A stretch of DNA of 64,000 bases from NCBI GenBank assembly GCA_016432645.1, contig CP066698.1, positions 837,062 to 901,061 on the forward strand, given 5' to 3'. Origin of the DNA: Candidatus Falkowbacteria bacterium (lineage in GTDB: Bacteria > Patescibacteriota > Patescibacteriia > Patescibacteriales > UBA12465). Every line of letters begins with the position of its first letter. Position 1 is the stretch's first letter. A program made the translations under genes and the position numbers. Under the pieces are notes generated by a model. The model ran no database searches. It saw only the letters and a list, made by a program, of their open reading frames with translations, and had not been told where the DNA came from. This document shows, piece by piece, positions 46,926 through 56,012 of the stretch.

Positions 46926-48800
46926 ATGCGCTTTGGCGAAAGCTTCCCTCAAGGAGCTGATCCTAAAAACCGAATGGATGTGCTGAAACTTAATAAAGAG
47001 CAGGAGGATATTCCTAGCTATATTAGGTTTGGTTTGGAAATTAGAAATAATTTAAAGTCAAAAATTGAAAAAGATGGTTGGCCTGATTTGCCAAATCAGG
47101 AAGATATTAATTTAACGGAAGATATTTTTGAGGCGGCCAAGAGCGAAGTTAATAAAACTTGGGAAAACTCTGTCCAAACTTTGATAAACGAGAAAACTGA
47201 ATCTTGGAAGCAAGATTTATCACCCGATAATCCTGAAAATAAAGCAGTCTTAGATTTATTAAATAACCCTGGAGAACTTAGCAAGAGTTTCTCTTTACGC
47301 CAATTTGGTGTTTTGGAAATATTAAGAACGGCCAACCCCGATGCTTGGCGTACGTTAGTTGTCGCTTCCTCAGAAAGACAACTGGCATCTATTGCGGTAA
47401 TGGAACATTGGTTAAAAAATGGGAACCCGGAAAATTTACAAGCAATGTGCAATAAAATTAACCTTAACCCCGCCGAACTTAAATTGTTTGTTGATACGGC
47501 CGCTATTTTAGGTAAATATGTAGACCACGCTTATGTTAAACAAATTGAGCTAGCTGATTCGCCTGGCGGATCGGAAGCCACAAAATTAAAAGACGAGGAT
47601 GGCGCTGCTTATCTTTATGATTTATATAAAGACCCTAGAAGTGAAGATATTTATGTTAAAACTTATAGCGATATTTTTCCATATGAATGGGAAAAAATTC
47701 AATCGCGTTTGGAAATGCTATCCGTTAGGACAAAATTAGCGATTGATAAGGGAGAATTACCAGACAGTTATAATTTATTTGCTAATTATTTAGAAAAGAC
47801 TGGCCAAGTTTATGGCTCAAAAAGCATCCAGCCGGAAGCTTTAGAAAAAGAATGGGACTCTTTATATAAAATGGGCAAAGAAGTTGATAATACCAGTTGT
47901 CCTCTAATGATTATTCCTCAAGGATGTGCTTCGGTGTCCGGAGAGGCGGGTAAGGTAGACGCGGAAATTCGTTTAGGATTAAAAACCAAAGAAACAAAGG
48001 AGCAGGAAAGAGGTTTTAGTAAATTCACCGGTATTGCTCAAGAAATGATTAATGAAAATCGTGATTGCTTGGCCAAAGATTATAAAGTTCCGGATGTTAA
48101 ATTAAACTATCAGCCATGGTCTTTTGGTCCTAATTTGTATTGGATAACTCGCGGCGAATCGGGAGAAGACCAAATTTTATCTCATACTAACGCCGTTAGA
48201 GAAGTAGCAATAACCAATGAGCTTCCTTTACTTAAGAAAATATTTAAAAAAGATATTAGTAATCAAGAGTATTCTCGGGCCGCAGTCACAGAAACAGTTT
48301 TACATGAGGTGAGCCATAATGTTTTGGACTCAGAAGATAAAAAAGTTTCCAAGAGAATCGGCAAAAGTTTTGAAGTCGGGATTTTAGATGAATTAAAGGC
48401 GGAAACGCTTAGCATGAAGATTCTATATGAAGCTCATAATAGAAACGAGTTGCCAAATGGAGTCGATATTAAAACTCAACTTTTGGCAAAACTAGGTGCT
48501 AATTTAGATTATTTGAAGAATAAATCTAATCAGAAGGCGAGTGCCGGTGAGCCTTATTATATTTGTAGCGCGACAATATTCAGCAGCCTAATGGAAAAGG
48601 GGTTGTTGGTTAATAAAGGCTCTGGTTACGAAATAAATAACCCCGAAGCTTGTATTAAGGAGATTGCCAGTCTTAGTGAAAATATTTTGTCATTTTATAC
48701 AAATACGGAAACTAGGCCAGCAGATGTTAAAAATTATATTAATGAATTAAGAAGGAGGAGTCAGTCGCCGATAGTGCAAGAGTTGATAAAAAAGTTATAA
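46926..48800 (+). CDS. Putative zinc metallopeptidase, M49 (DPP III)-like
   Basis: VLHEVSHN followed by LDELKAE (HExxH + EExKAD-like). Confidence 0.6.
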   Translation: MRFGESFPQGADPKNRMDVLKLNKEQEDIPSYIRFGLEIRNNLKSKIEKDGWPDLPNQEDINLTEDIFEAAKSEVNKTWENSVQTLINEKTESWKQDLSPDNPENKAVLDLLNNPGELSKSFSLRQFGVLEILRTANPDAWRTLVVASSERQLASIAVMEHWLKNGNPENLQAMCNKINLNPAELKLFVDTAAILGKYVDHAYVKQIELADSPGGSEATKLKDEDGAAYLYDLYKDPRSEDIYVKTYSDIFPYEWEKIQSRLEMLSVRTKLAIDKGELPDSYNLFANYLEKTGQVYGSKSIQPEALEKEWDSLYKMGKEVDNTSCPLMIIPQGCASVSGEAGKVDAEIRLGLKTKETKEQERGFSKFTGIAQEMINENRDCLAKDYKVPDVKLNYQPWSFGPNLYWITRGESGEDQILSHTNAVREVAITNELPLLKKIFKKDISNQEYSRAAVTETVLHEVSHNVLDSEDKKVSKRIGKSFEVGILDELKAETLSMKILYEAHNRNELPNGVDIKTQLLAKLGANLDYLKNKSNQKASAGEPYYICSATIFSSLMEKGLLVNKGSGYEINNPEACIKEIASLSENILSFYTNTETRPADVKNYINELRRRSQSPIVQELIKKL

Positions 48801-48802
48801 GT

Positions 48803-48973
48803 ATGAGAAAAAAATATTGGAAAATTTTAGGCTCTATTCTTGCTTTGCCGTTAGGCATATTTATTTTTATTTATGGCGGCTACGATGATAGCCCCGGCGC
48901 TCAGTTGTTGGGATTTATAATATTTGGCAGCGGGGTTGTCGGTTTAATAAGAAGTCGAAAGAAGTCAGTATAA
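48803..48973 (+). CDS. Small 2-TM protein with a GGYDDSPG loop (56 aa; absent from the ORF track)
   Basis: MRKKYWKILGSILALPLGIFIFIYGGYDDSPGAQLLGFIIFGSGVVGLIRSRKKSV*; fills the intergenic gap exactly. Confidence 0.8.
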   Translation: MRKKYWKILGSILALPLGIFIFIYGGYDDSPGAQLLGFIIFGSGVVGLIRSRKKSV

Positions 48974-48982
48974 AAGCCATTT

Positions 48983-50452
48983 ATGCCCAACAATCTTAAT
49001 GTAAACAAACTGGCAGGTTTAAAGTGGCATTATGTTCACCAGCGTTTTCGCACCCCCTTTTATACCTATCTGCTTTGGGAGGGTGTTTCGCGCCACTATA
49101 ATAATAATCTTCGCTTTCCTTATGAAATGGGCGCAATTTTGTATTTAGACCAGGAATTAATGTTTGCTGATAAAGTTTGGCGTAAAACCAAAACGCTAAC
49201 TTTATCAAAATTGGAAAAAGAACCAAAATTCATCCAAAACAGTTTTTGCAAGGCCTATAAGTTAAATGATAAGATAGAAGAAATTGCCAGAGAATTGAGC
49301 CAGGTAAAATTTAGCGCCTATTCAAATTACCAGTTAGCTGATAATTTAGAAAAATATTGTCAGCTTTGCTTTTCGATGGGAGCTTTTATTATTTTTCCGT
49401 TATTTATTGAGGAATATTTAGAAGATTACGTAAAAAAAGAAGTAACTAAAAAATGCGGAGCCAAGACACCGGAAATTATCCATGATTTTAATGTATCATT
49501 AAAACCAAGTTCGACGGAAAATGATGAATTGAGTTTATTAAAAATTGCTCTTAAACGCCATCGCCGATTGCCGATCGAACAAGATGTTAAGCGGCATTTG
49601 CAAAATTATGGCTGGCTAAAAAATTCCGCCATGAATAATAGCTACTATTCTGAAAAAGAAATATATCGGCGGTTAGATGGTCTCCGCGGCGCGGATATTT
49701 CGCAAAAAATTAAAAATATTCTTAACGAGCGCCACCGCCAAGTTTCTCGGGTTAAAAAATATCAAACCGAGTTTGCTTTTAGCCGAAAACTAATTAATCA
49801 TATTGAAACGCTTCAAGAAGCGATTTATTTCCGCAGTTGGCGGACTGAACGTTTTTATCGGAACATTCAGTATTTAACCGCCTTGCTTGAAGAAATTTCT
49901 AGACGCCTCGGCCTTAAGTCTTGGGATGATATTTTTTATGTTTTACCGAAAGAAATAATTAATCTGTTGCGGCAAGAATTAACAATGGATTTAAAAGTTG
50001 TTAAAGAAAGAAAGCGGGGCTATATTATGTGGGCTGATGGCCGTAACACTCAGATATATTCAGATAATATTGTTGCCGGCGCGAAAAAGAAAATTAAATT
50101 TCTGACTATTCAAAACCGAGAGTGCCATGAAATTAAGGGACAAGCCGCTTGCCGCGGGTTAGCCGTTGGCAAAGTTCATATTATAAAATCAAAAAAAGAA
50201 TTTAAAAAGTTTAAAGTTAAAGAAATATTAGTCGTTCCATCTACGACACCGGATTATGTTCCCGTTATGAAAAAGGCAGCCGCCATTATAACTGATGAAG
50301 GCGGTTTGACTTGTCATGCCGCCATTATGTCTAGGGAATTAAACATCCCTTGCATAATTGGTACAAAAATCGGCACCCAGGTTCTTCGCGACGGAGATTT
50401 AGTGGAAGCCGATGCTGAAAAAGGCATTATTAAAATATTAAAGAAAGCCTAA
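48983..50452 (+). CDS. Second phosphohistidine swivel-domain protein with a long helical N-terminus
   Basis: TTPDY...ITDEGGLTCHAAIMSRELNIPCIIGT..VEADAEKG; 'HLQNYGWL' in the N-terminal part. Confidence 0.85.
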   Translation: MPNNLNVNKLAGLKWHYVHQRFRTPFYTYLLWEGVSRHYNNNLRFPYEMGAILYLDQELMFADKVWRKTKTLTLSKLEKEPKFIQNSFCKAYKLNDKIEEIARELSQVKFSAYSNYQLADNLEKYCQLCFSMGAFIIFPLFIEEYLEDYVKKEVTKKCGAKTPEIIHDFNVSLKPSSTENDELSLLKIALKRHRRLPIEQDVKRHLQNYGWLKNSAMNNSYYSEKEIYRRLDGLRGADISQKIKNILNERHRQVSRVKKYQTEFAFSRKLINHIETLQEAIYFRSWRTERFYRNIQYLTALLEEISRRLGLKSWDDIFYVLPKEIINLLRQELTMDLKVVKERKRGYIMWADGRNTQIYSDNIVAGAKKKIKFLTIQNRECHEIKGQAACRGLAVGKVHIIKSKKEFKKFKVKEILVVPSTTPDYVPVMKKAAAIITDEGGLTCHAAIMSRELNIPCIIGTKIGTQVLRDGDLVEADAEKGIIKILKKA

Positions 50453-51289
50453 ATGGACAAAGAAACAATCATAAAATATTATAATTACACCCTGCCGTTT
50501 TATAAATTTTTTTACCATAAAAATAGCAACGCTGTTCATTATGGATTTTTTGATAAAAATACCAAAAATCATCAAGCCGCCCTGTTAAATGTAAATCAAT
50601 GTTTAGCTGATATTTCTCGGATAAAATCGGGGGATGTTATTTTAGATGCTGGTTGCGGAATAGGTGGCAGCTCAATTTGGCTGGCCAAAAATTATCCAGT
50701 AAAAGTTATTGGCATATCTATAAGTGGAAAACAAATTAATGAGGCCAATAGATTGTCCGTTAAAGAAAAAATTTCAGACCGAGCTTTTTTTTATGAAAGA
50801 GATTTTTTGAATTCTGGTTTTAGCGATGAATCTTTTGATATTGTTTGGGCAATTGAAAGTGTTTGCCATGCTGATGATAAAAAAGATTTTTTGAAAGAAG
50901 CATATCGTCTTCTTAAGCCCGGTGGCCGCCTAGTTATTGATGACGGGTTTTTATTAAGAAAAGTGGGCGACAAAAAAGAACAAAAAGATTATGACGCCTT
51001 TTTAAAGGGCATGGCTTTGCCTAATTTGGCTTCGGAGCAACAATTTAAAAAAGATTTAGAAAATCTGAGATTTCAAAATATAAAAATTTACGATAAAACT
51101 AAAGAAACTTGGCCGTCAGCTAAAAAAATTTATCGGATGTCCATTTTTAGTTATCCATTTTCAGTTTTAACCGAAAGACTTCAGCTGACGCCGCATTTAC
51201 TAACTTTAAATAATTTAGCTGGAATCACTCAGTATCGGATAATCAAAAATGGTTTAGCGGGGCATCGGGTGTTTTATGCGGAAAAGTAA
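50453..51289 (+). CDS. Class I SAM methyltransferase (tocopherol/sterol-MT-like)
   Basis: VHYGFF, LDAGCGIGG, FDIVWAIESVCHA, LKPGG. Confidence 0.88.
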   Translation: MDKETIIKYYNYTLPFYKFFYHKNSNAVHYGFFDKNTKNHQAALLNVNQCLADISRIKSGDVILDAGCGIGGSSIWLAKNYPVKVIGISISGKQINEANRLSVKEKISDRAFFYERDFLNSGFSDESFDIVWAIESVCHADDKKDFLKEAYRLLKPGGRLVIDDGFLLRKVGDKKEQKDYDAFLKGMALPNLASEQQFKKDLENLRFQNIKIYDKTKETWPSAKKIYRMSIFSYPFSVLTERLQLTPHLLTLNNLAGITQYRIIKNGLAGHRVFYAEK

Positions 51290-51301
51290 TTTTTACTAAA
51301 A

Positions 51302-51330
51302 TTGACTAAATATGCCACCAGTGGTATATT
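51302..51330 (+). promoter_or_regulatory. Putative purF promoter with an overlapping hairpin
   Basis: TTGACT-17-(TGg)TATATT overlapping ATATGCCAC-CA-GTGGTATAT. Confidence 0.5.
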
Positions 51331-51384
51331 TTTTTATTAATTTAGTCCTTTAAAATTTATTGTTTAACCAAAAAAATATTAACC

Positions 51385-52893
51385 ATGACAAAAAATTCTT
51401 GTTTACAGAAAAGCTCTTTGCAATTGAAATTTTGTGAAGAAGTTGGTTTTAATTTTCGGGATTTATTTTCCGAGAATTGCGGTTTGGCTGCGGCGATTAA
51501 TCTGCCAAACGCCTCTTGGATATCTGGCCAATTAATCACGCCGATTGAAACGCGAGGTGAAAAAGGTGGTGGCGTTGTTTCGGAGCGCCAGGGTAAAATT
51601 TATGAAAGGCGCCGCATCGGCCCTTTCAGTGTCCAGTTTCGAGATTTTGACGAAAAACGTTTTCGCCTAGAGCTTCCAGGTAATATGGCTATCGCCCATT
51701 GCCGCTATGCGACTAAGGGTGACCCAGGTCTGGTTGCTAATGTTCAGCCGTTAATTGTGACGGAGTCCAAGTATGGCCCCTTCGCCATCGCTCATAACGG
51801 AACCTTGGTGAATGTGGAAGGCTTGAAGTCCGAGTTAAAACAGCAGGGCTGCAAGTTTGATGCGACCTCGGACACCGAAATTTTGATTCATCTGATTTTA
51901 TCGTCCGGCGCCAAAAAAGTTGAAGACGCTATTCTTTATGCTTTGGATAAGGTTGCTTGTTCATATGCTTTACTGATTATTACGCGCGACAAAATTTTTG
52001 CTATTCGCGATTGCTTCGGAGTTCGACCCTTAAGCATCGCTAAACTTGATTCGGGATTTATGGTCTGCTCAGAGACCGTTTCTTTTGATCAATTTGCCGG
52101 CGCTGAATTTTTACGTGATGTGGAAGCCGGAGAGATGATTATTTTTGAAAAAAAGAAGGAAAATTTTCGGAGCGTTAAATATGCTGAACCGGAAGAATTC
52201 TTCTGTATTTTTGAAAGTATTTATTTTTCCAATCCCCGTTCTAAATATAAAGGCGTTTATCACGAAGATTTTAGGCGAAAAATTGGTGAACAAATCGTTT
52301 TGGAAAATCCTGATTTGCAAGGGGATTTAGTGGTGCCAGTTTTGGATTCCGGCAAGCACTTCGCTCAAGGATTGGCGCATGTTTTAAGTACGCGGCTCAA
52401 AGTTCATAACGGCGATTTGTATGAAGAAGCTTTTCAAAGAGCTCATTCACCTTTGGGCGGCCAATCGCGCTCCTTTACAGCTACAACTACCGCCGAACGA
52501 ATCGCGGTGGTGAGAAAAAAACTGCACTTGAAAAAAGAAGCAGTTGCCGGTAAAGAAGTGATTGTGGTTGATGATTCAATTGTTCGCAGCCACACGGCCA
52601 AAATAATTGTGGAAATGCTTAAGCAGGCCGGGGCAACAAAAGTTACGTTCTGCGTTTGTTTCCCGCCGATTATTAATGTCTGCCCTAACGGTATGGATTT
52701 CCAAACCAGAGGACAACTAATTGCCTATAAGCGCAGTTTGGATTTCATTAAACAAGAAATCGGTGCTGACGAATTGATCTATTTACAAGTCGCCGGGCTT
52801 TATAAGGTCGTTGCCGAAGTTTATGGCGGCGGCATTTGCGGCGGCTGTTTCGGTGGTGCTTATCCGGAAATTCCAAAAAATATTACCGAGTGA
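51385..52893 (+). CDS. purF: Amidophosphoribosyltransferase (divergent, Fe-S type)
   Basis: Ntn Cys in ENCG after a 31-aa propeptide, HCRYAT, AHNG, SDTE, G.RPL, CIFE.IYF, VVDDSIVR, CGGCF.G.YP. Confidence 0.85.
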   Translation: MTKNSCLQKSSLQLKFCEEVGFNFRDLFSENCGLAAAINLPNASWISGQLITPIETRGEKGGGVVSERQGKIYERRRIGPFSVQFRDFDEKRFRLELPGNMAIAHCRYATKGDPGLVANVQPLIVTESKYGPFAIAHNGTLVNVEGLKSELKQQGCKFDATSDTEILIHLILSSGAKKVEDAILYALDKVACSYALLIITRDKIFAIRDCFGVRPLSIAKLDSGFMVCSETVSFDQFAGAEFLRDVEAGEMIIFEKKKENFRSVKYAEPEEFFCIFESIYFSNPRSKYKGVYHEDFRRKIGEQIVLENPDLQGDLVVPVLDSGKHFAQGLAHVLSTRLKVHNGDLYEEAFQRAHSPLGGQSRSFTATTTAERIAVVRKKLHLKKEAVAGKEVIVVDDSIVRSHTAKIIVEMLKQAGATKVTFCVCFPPIINVCPNGMDFQTRGQLIAYKRSLDFIKQEIGADELIYLQVAGLYKVVAEVYGGGICGGCFGGAYPEIPKNITE

Positions 52894-52920
52894 TGAAGAA
52901 AATTACCATCATCGCGTAAT

Positions 52921-52955
52921 AACCAGGAGGCATTTTTATGTCTCCTGGTTCTTTG
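52921..52955 (+). terminator. Intrinsic terminator
   Basis: AACCAGGAGGCAT-TTTT-ATGTCTCCTGGTT-CTTTG. Confidence 0.65.
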
Positions 52956-52974
52956 TTAAATTAAATCTTTTAAA

Positions 52975-53388
52975 ATGGTTAGAAAAGTTATTTTTACGGC
53001 CGCAATTTTTTTGGTCTCCGCCGAGTTTTTGGTTAAAAGTCCGGCAAATGAAGCGTTTGAACGCGAGCTTAGATTAAGCCCCGCTAAAGCGATTATTAAA
53101 GACGAACAATCGTCAGTTAATCAGGAAAAGCCCAGTACCGGTGTTGCCAGCTGGTATGAGTTTAAGGAAGGGGCGTTTGCCGCCTCGCCTTATTTTAAAA
53201 AGGGCTCGACTTTACGGGTTACTAATCTGGATAATGGCAAATTTGTTGACGTGGTGGTTAATGATTACGGTCCGAACAGAAGGAAACATCCTAATCGGGT
53301 GATTGATTTAGAACGGCTAGCTTTCCAAAAGATAGCCCCTTTGAAGCTTGGTTTAATCAGAGTGAAAGTTAATCGTCTGACGGATTAA
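52975..53388 (+). CDS. RlpA-like double-psi beta-barrel protein
   Basis: GVASWY..AAS...LRVTN..NGK.V.V.VNDYGP...RVIDL..AF.KIA. Confidence 0.85.
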   Translation: MVRKVIFTAAIFLVSAEFLVKSPANEAFERELRLSPAKAIIKDEQSSVNQEKPSTGVASWYEFKEGAFAASPYFKKGSTLRVTNLDNGKFVDVVVNDYGPNRRKHPNRVIDLERLAFQKIAPLKLGLIRVKVNRLTD

Positions 53389-53413
53389 AGCTTTTCAGCT
53401 TTTAAATGGTTGG

Positions 53414-53439
53414 AAACGGGAAGAAATTCCCGTTTTTTT
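53414..53439 (+). terminator. Intrinsic terminator
   Basis: AAACGGGAA-GAAA-TTCCCGTTTTTTT. Confidence 0.8.
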
Positions 53440-53440
53440 C

Positions 53441-53485
53441 TTGACAAATTTTAGTTTAGTTGCTAAACTAAAATTAACTAAACTA
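53441..53485 (+). promoter_or_regulatory. Promoter and palindromic operator of the exporter operon (likely MarR site)
   Basis: TTGACA-17-(TGc)TAAACT overlapped by AATTTTAGTTTAG-TTG-CTAAACTAAAATT, plus a third CTAAACTA half-site. Confidence 0.7.
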
Positions 53486-53499
53486 TTAATATACTATTT

Positions 53500-55254
53500 A
53501 TGAGTATTCGTTCCATGTTTACCAGAAAGAAAATCATCTGGACTATTATTATCTTACTTATTGTTGGCGGCGGCGCTTATTATAAGCTAAAGCCGAAAAA
53601 TAATGCCGCCAATATCTCCACAGCAACGGTTACTAGGCAGAATTTAGAACAAACGGTTCTTACTACTGGTCAAGTTGTCAGTGAAACTAATTTAAGCCTT
53701 AGCTTTCAAGCTAGCGGCGTCGTTCAGGAAATAAAGGTTAAGACTGGTGATCAGGTTAAGGCTGGCGATGTGATTGCCACTTTAAGCCAATCCAATGTCA
53801 AGGCGTCGTTAACTAGCGCCAACGGGCAATTAGCTCAAGCGCAGGCTAATTATCAACGCGTTTTGGCCGGGGCATCCCCAGAACAAATTAATGTTTCCGA
53901 GAAAGCGGTTATTTCCTCAAAAGTTGCTTATGATAATGCTGTAAATCAGCTGGCGACAGTTAAAGCCTCGACGGATATTGCCATTAGCCAGGCGCAATTT
54001 ACTCTTGATGATTTGCAGTCCCCGACCTCCGCTTCCGATAATAAACGTTCGGCGATTTTGGTTAATATTGCCAGCCAGTTGGTAGCGGTAAAATCTGATT
54101 TGGATAAACAAAAACAGATTTTAGATGATGATAATTTAGAAAATGTTTTTGGCGTTACTGATTCTTCAAGCTTAAGTAATTTTAAGAGCGCTAACAGTCA
54201 AGTTCAGCCGCTTTTGGATAAAGCTAATGCTAGTTTGGCTACCGCCCAAGGCTATAAGAGTGATGCTAATATTTATCAAGCGGTTGAAGATGCCGTGGCC
54301 GTTTTAAATCAAAATATTCGTGCGCTTAACTATTGTTATACGGCCTTACAAAATTCTATTACTAGCTCACAATTCAGTCAGGCTCAATTGGACTCATATA
54401 AATTAACTATTAATACCGCTTTAGCTAATGAAAATTCTGGTATTAATTTAGTTAAATCTTCACGTCAAGCTTTGACTGATGCCTTGACCGCGGCCGCTAA
54501 TGCGCTTACTAACGCTAAACAATCGGCAACTTCGCAAATCAATGCGGCTCAAAACCAAATTAATAGTGCTCAGGCCGCTTGGCAGCAAGCGCAGGCAACT
54601 TTAGCTCAACAAAAAGCTAAAGCTCAACCGGCGGATATCAATGCGGCTAAGGCGCAGCTATTGTCTGCTCAAGGAAGCGTTGAGGCTGCTCAAACTGCTT
54701 TGGAAAATACCATTTTAAAAGCGCCGGCTGACGGCACAATCACAAGAATAGATACTAAAGTTGGTCAGCAAGCAACTGCTATGCAACCGGTGTTTATTTT
54801 GCAAAATATTAACGCTTTGCACACGGAAGCTTATGTTAGCGAATCTAATGTCGCCAGTTTAAAAATCGGCCAGACAGTCGATTATACCTTTGATGCTTTC
54901 GGCCCTGACCAGCATTTCAGCGGCCAGATTTTAACAATCGATCCGGCTTCAACCGTAATTTCCGGTGTGGTTAATTATTTAGTAAAAGCGGATTTGCCAA
55001 ATGTTCCTGATATTAAGCCCGGGATGACTGCTAATATGACGGTTATGGTGGCGGAAAGAGAAAATGCTCTGGCGGTTACTAGTAGCGCGGTTATCAACCA
55101 AAATGGCGGACAGTATGTCCGCGTAATTAATAATCCGCAAACTAAAACTTTTGATCAAGTACCGGTCGTTACCGGTTTGCAAGCGGATGGCGGCTTAGTA
55201 GAGATTTTAAGCGGCTTGAATGATAATCAAGAAATAGTCACTTTAATTAAATAA
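53500..55254 (+). CDS. MacA/HlyD-like membrane fusion protein with a long coiled coil
   Basis: N-terminal TM, GDQVKAGDVIA lipoyl half, long Ala/Gln helices, LKAPADGTI, PGMTA. Confidence 0.9.
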   Translation: MSIRSMFTRKKIIWTIIILLIVGGGAYYKLKPKNNAANISTATVTRQNLEQTVLTTGQVVSETNLSLSFQASGVVQEIKVKTGDQVKAGDVIATLSQSNVKASLTSANGQLAQAQANYQRVLAGASPEQINVSEKAVISSKVAYDNAVNQLATVKASTDIAISQAQFTLDDLQSPTSASDNKRSAILVNIASQLVAVKSDLDKQKQILDDDNLENVFGVTDSSSLSNFKSANSQVQPLLDKANASLATAQGYKSDANIYQAVEDAVAVLNQNIRALNYCYTALQNSITSSQFSQAQLDSYKLTINTALANENSGINLVKSSRQALTDALTAAANALTNAKQSATSQINAAQNQINSAQAAWQQAQATLAQQKAKAQPADINAAKAQLLSAQGSVEAAQTALENTILKAPADGTITRIDTKVGQQATAMQPVFILQNINALHTEAYVSESNVASLKIGQTVDYTFDAFGPDQHFSGQILTIDPASTVISGVVNYLVKADLPNVPDIKPGMTANMTVMVAERENALAVTSSAVINQNGGQYVRVINNPQTKTFDQVPVVTGLQADGGLVEILSGLNDNQEIVTLIK

Positions 55255-55258
55255 AAAA

Positions 55259-55993
55259 ATGGAAAAGAAATCCGTTGTTAATTTAATAACTGTTCAAAAT
55301 CTTAAGAAAGAGTATGTTACCGGCGAAGTTGTCACCCCAGTTTTAAAAGATATTAATTTTAAAATTGACCAGGGGGAATTTGTTGCCATTATGGGTCCAT
55401 CGGGGAGCGGCAAATCGACTTTAATGCATATTCTTAGCTTTTTGGAACGCGGCACTTCCGGCCTTTATCAATTTAAAGGTCAGGATATTAATGAATTTAG
55501 TGATAACTATTTGGCGGAACTACGCAATAAAGAGATTGGTTTTGTTTTCCAATCGTTTAATTTGTTGCCGCGGACAACGGTTTTGGACAATGTTAAGTTG
55601 CCGCTTACCTATAGTAAATTAAAAAATCATGAGCAGCTGGCTAAGAAATCTTTGGATGCTGTTGGTTTATCTCATCGCTTGAATTATTATACTAATCAAA
55701 TTTCCGGCGGGGAAAAGCAGCGCGTCGCGATTGCCAGGGCTTTAGTTTGTGACCCGGCTGTAATTTTTGCCGATGAACCGACCGGCAACCTAGATTCCAA
55801 ATCTGGTAATACGGTAATGTTTTTGTTGCAGCAACTAAATAACCAGGGAAGAACTATTATTTTAGTAACACACGAAACCGATACTGCCAATCACGCCAAA
55901 AGAATTATTCGTATTAAAGACGGAAATATTTTGTCTGACGAGAAGGTTGAAAAGAGGACTATTGCCGAAGCCGACAAAGATTTAATTAAGTAA
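55259..55993 (+). CDS. MacB/LolD-type ABC ATPase
   Basis: GPSGSGKST, GFVFQSFNLL, SGGEKQRVAIARAL, ADEPTGNLD. Confidence 0.95.
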   Translation: MEKKSVVNLITVQNLKKEYVTGEVVTPVLKDINFKIDQGEFVAIMGPSGSGKSTLMHILSFLERGTSGLYQFKGQDINEFSDNYLAELRNKEIGFVFQSFNLLPRTTVLDNVKLPLTYSKLKNHEQLAKKSLDAVGLSHRLNYYTNQISGGEKQRVAIARALVCDPAVIFADEPTGNLDSKSGNTVMFLLQQLNNQGRTIILVTHETDTANHAKRIIRIKDGNILSDEKVEKRTIAEADKDLIK

Positions 55994-56012
55994 TTCGGGC
56001 TATTATAATTTT

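Noticed and set aside
36544..51340. Prophage, ICE or IS element at tRNA-Gln
   Set aside because: No integrase, transposase, relaxase or phage structural genes are recognisable in the window.
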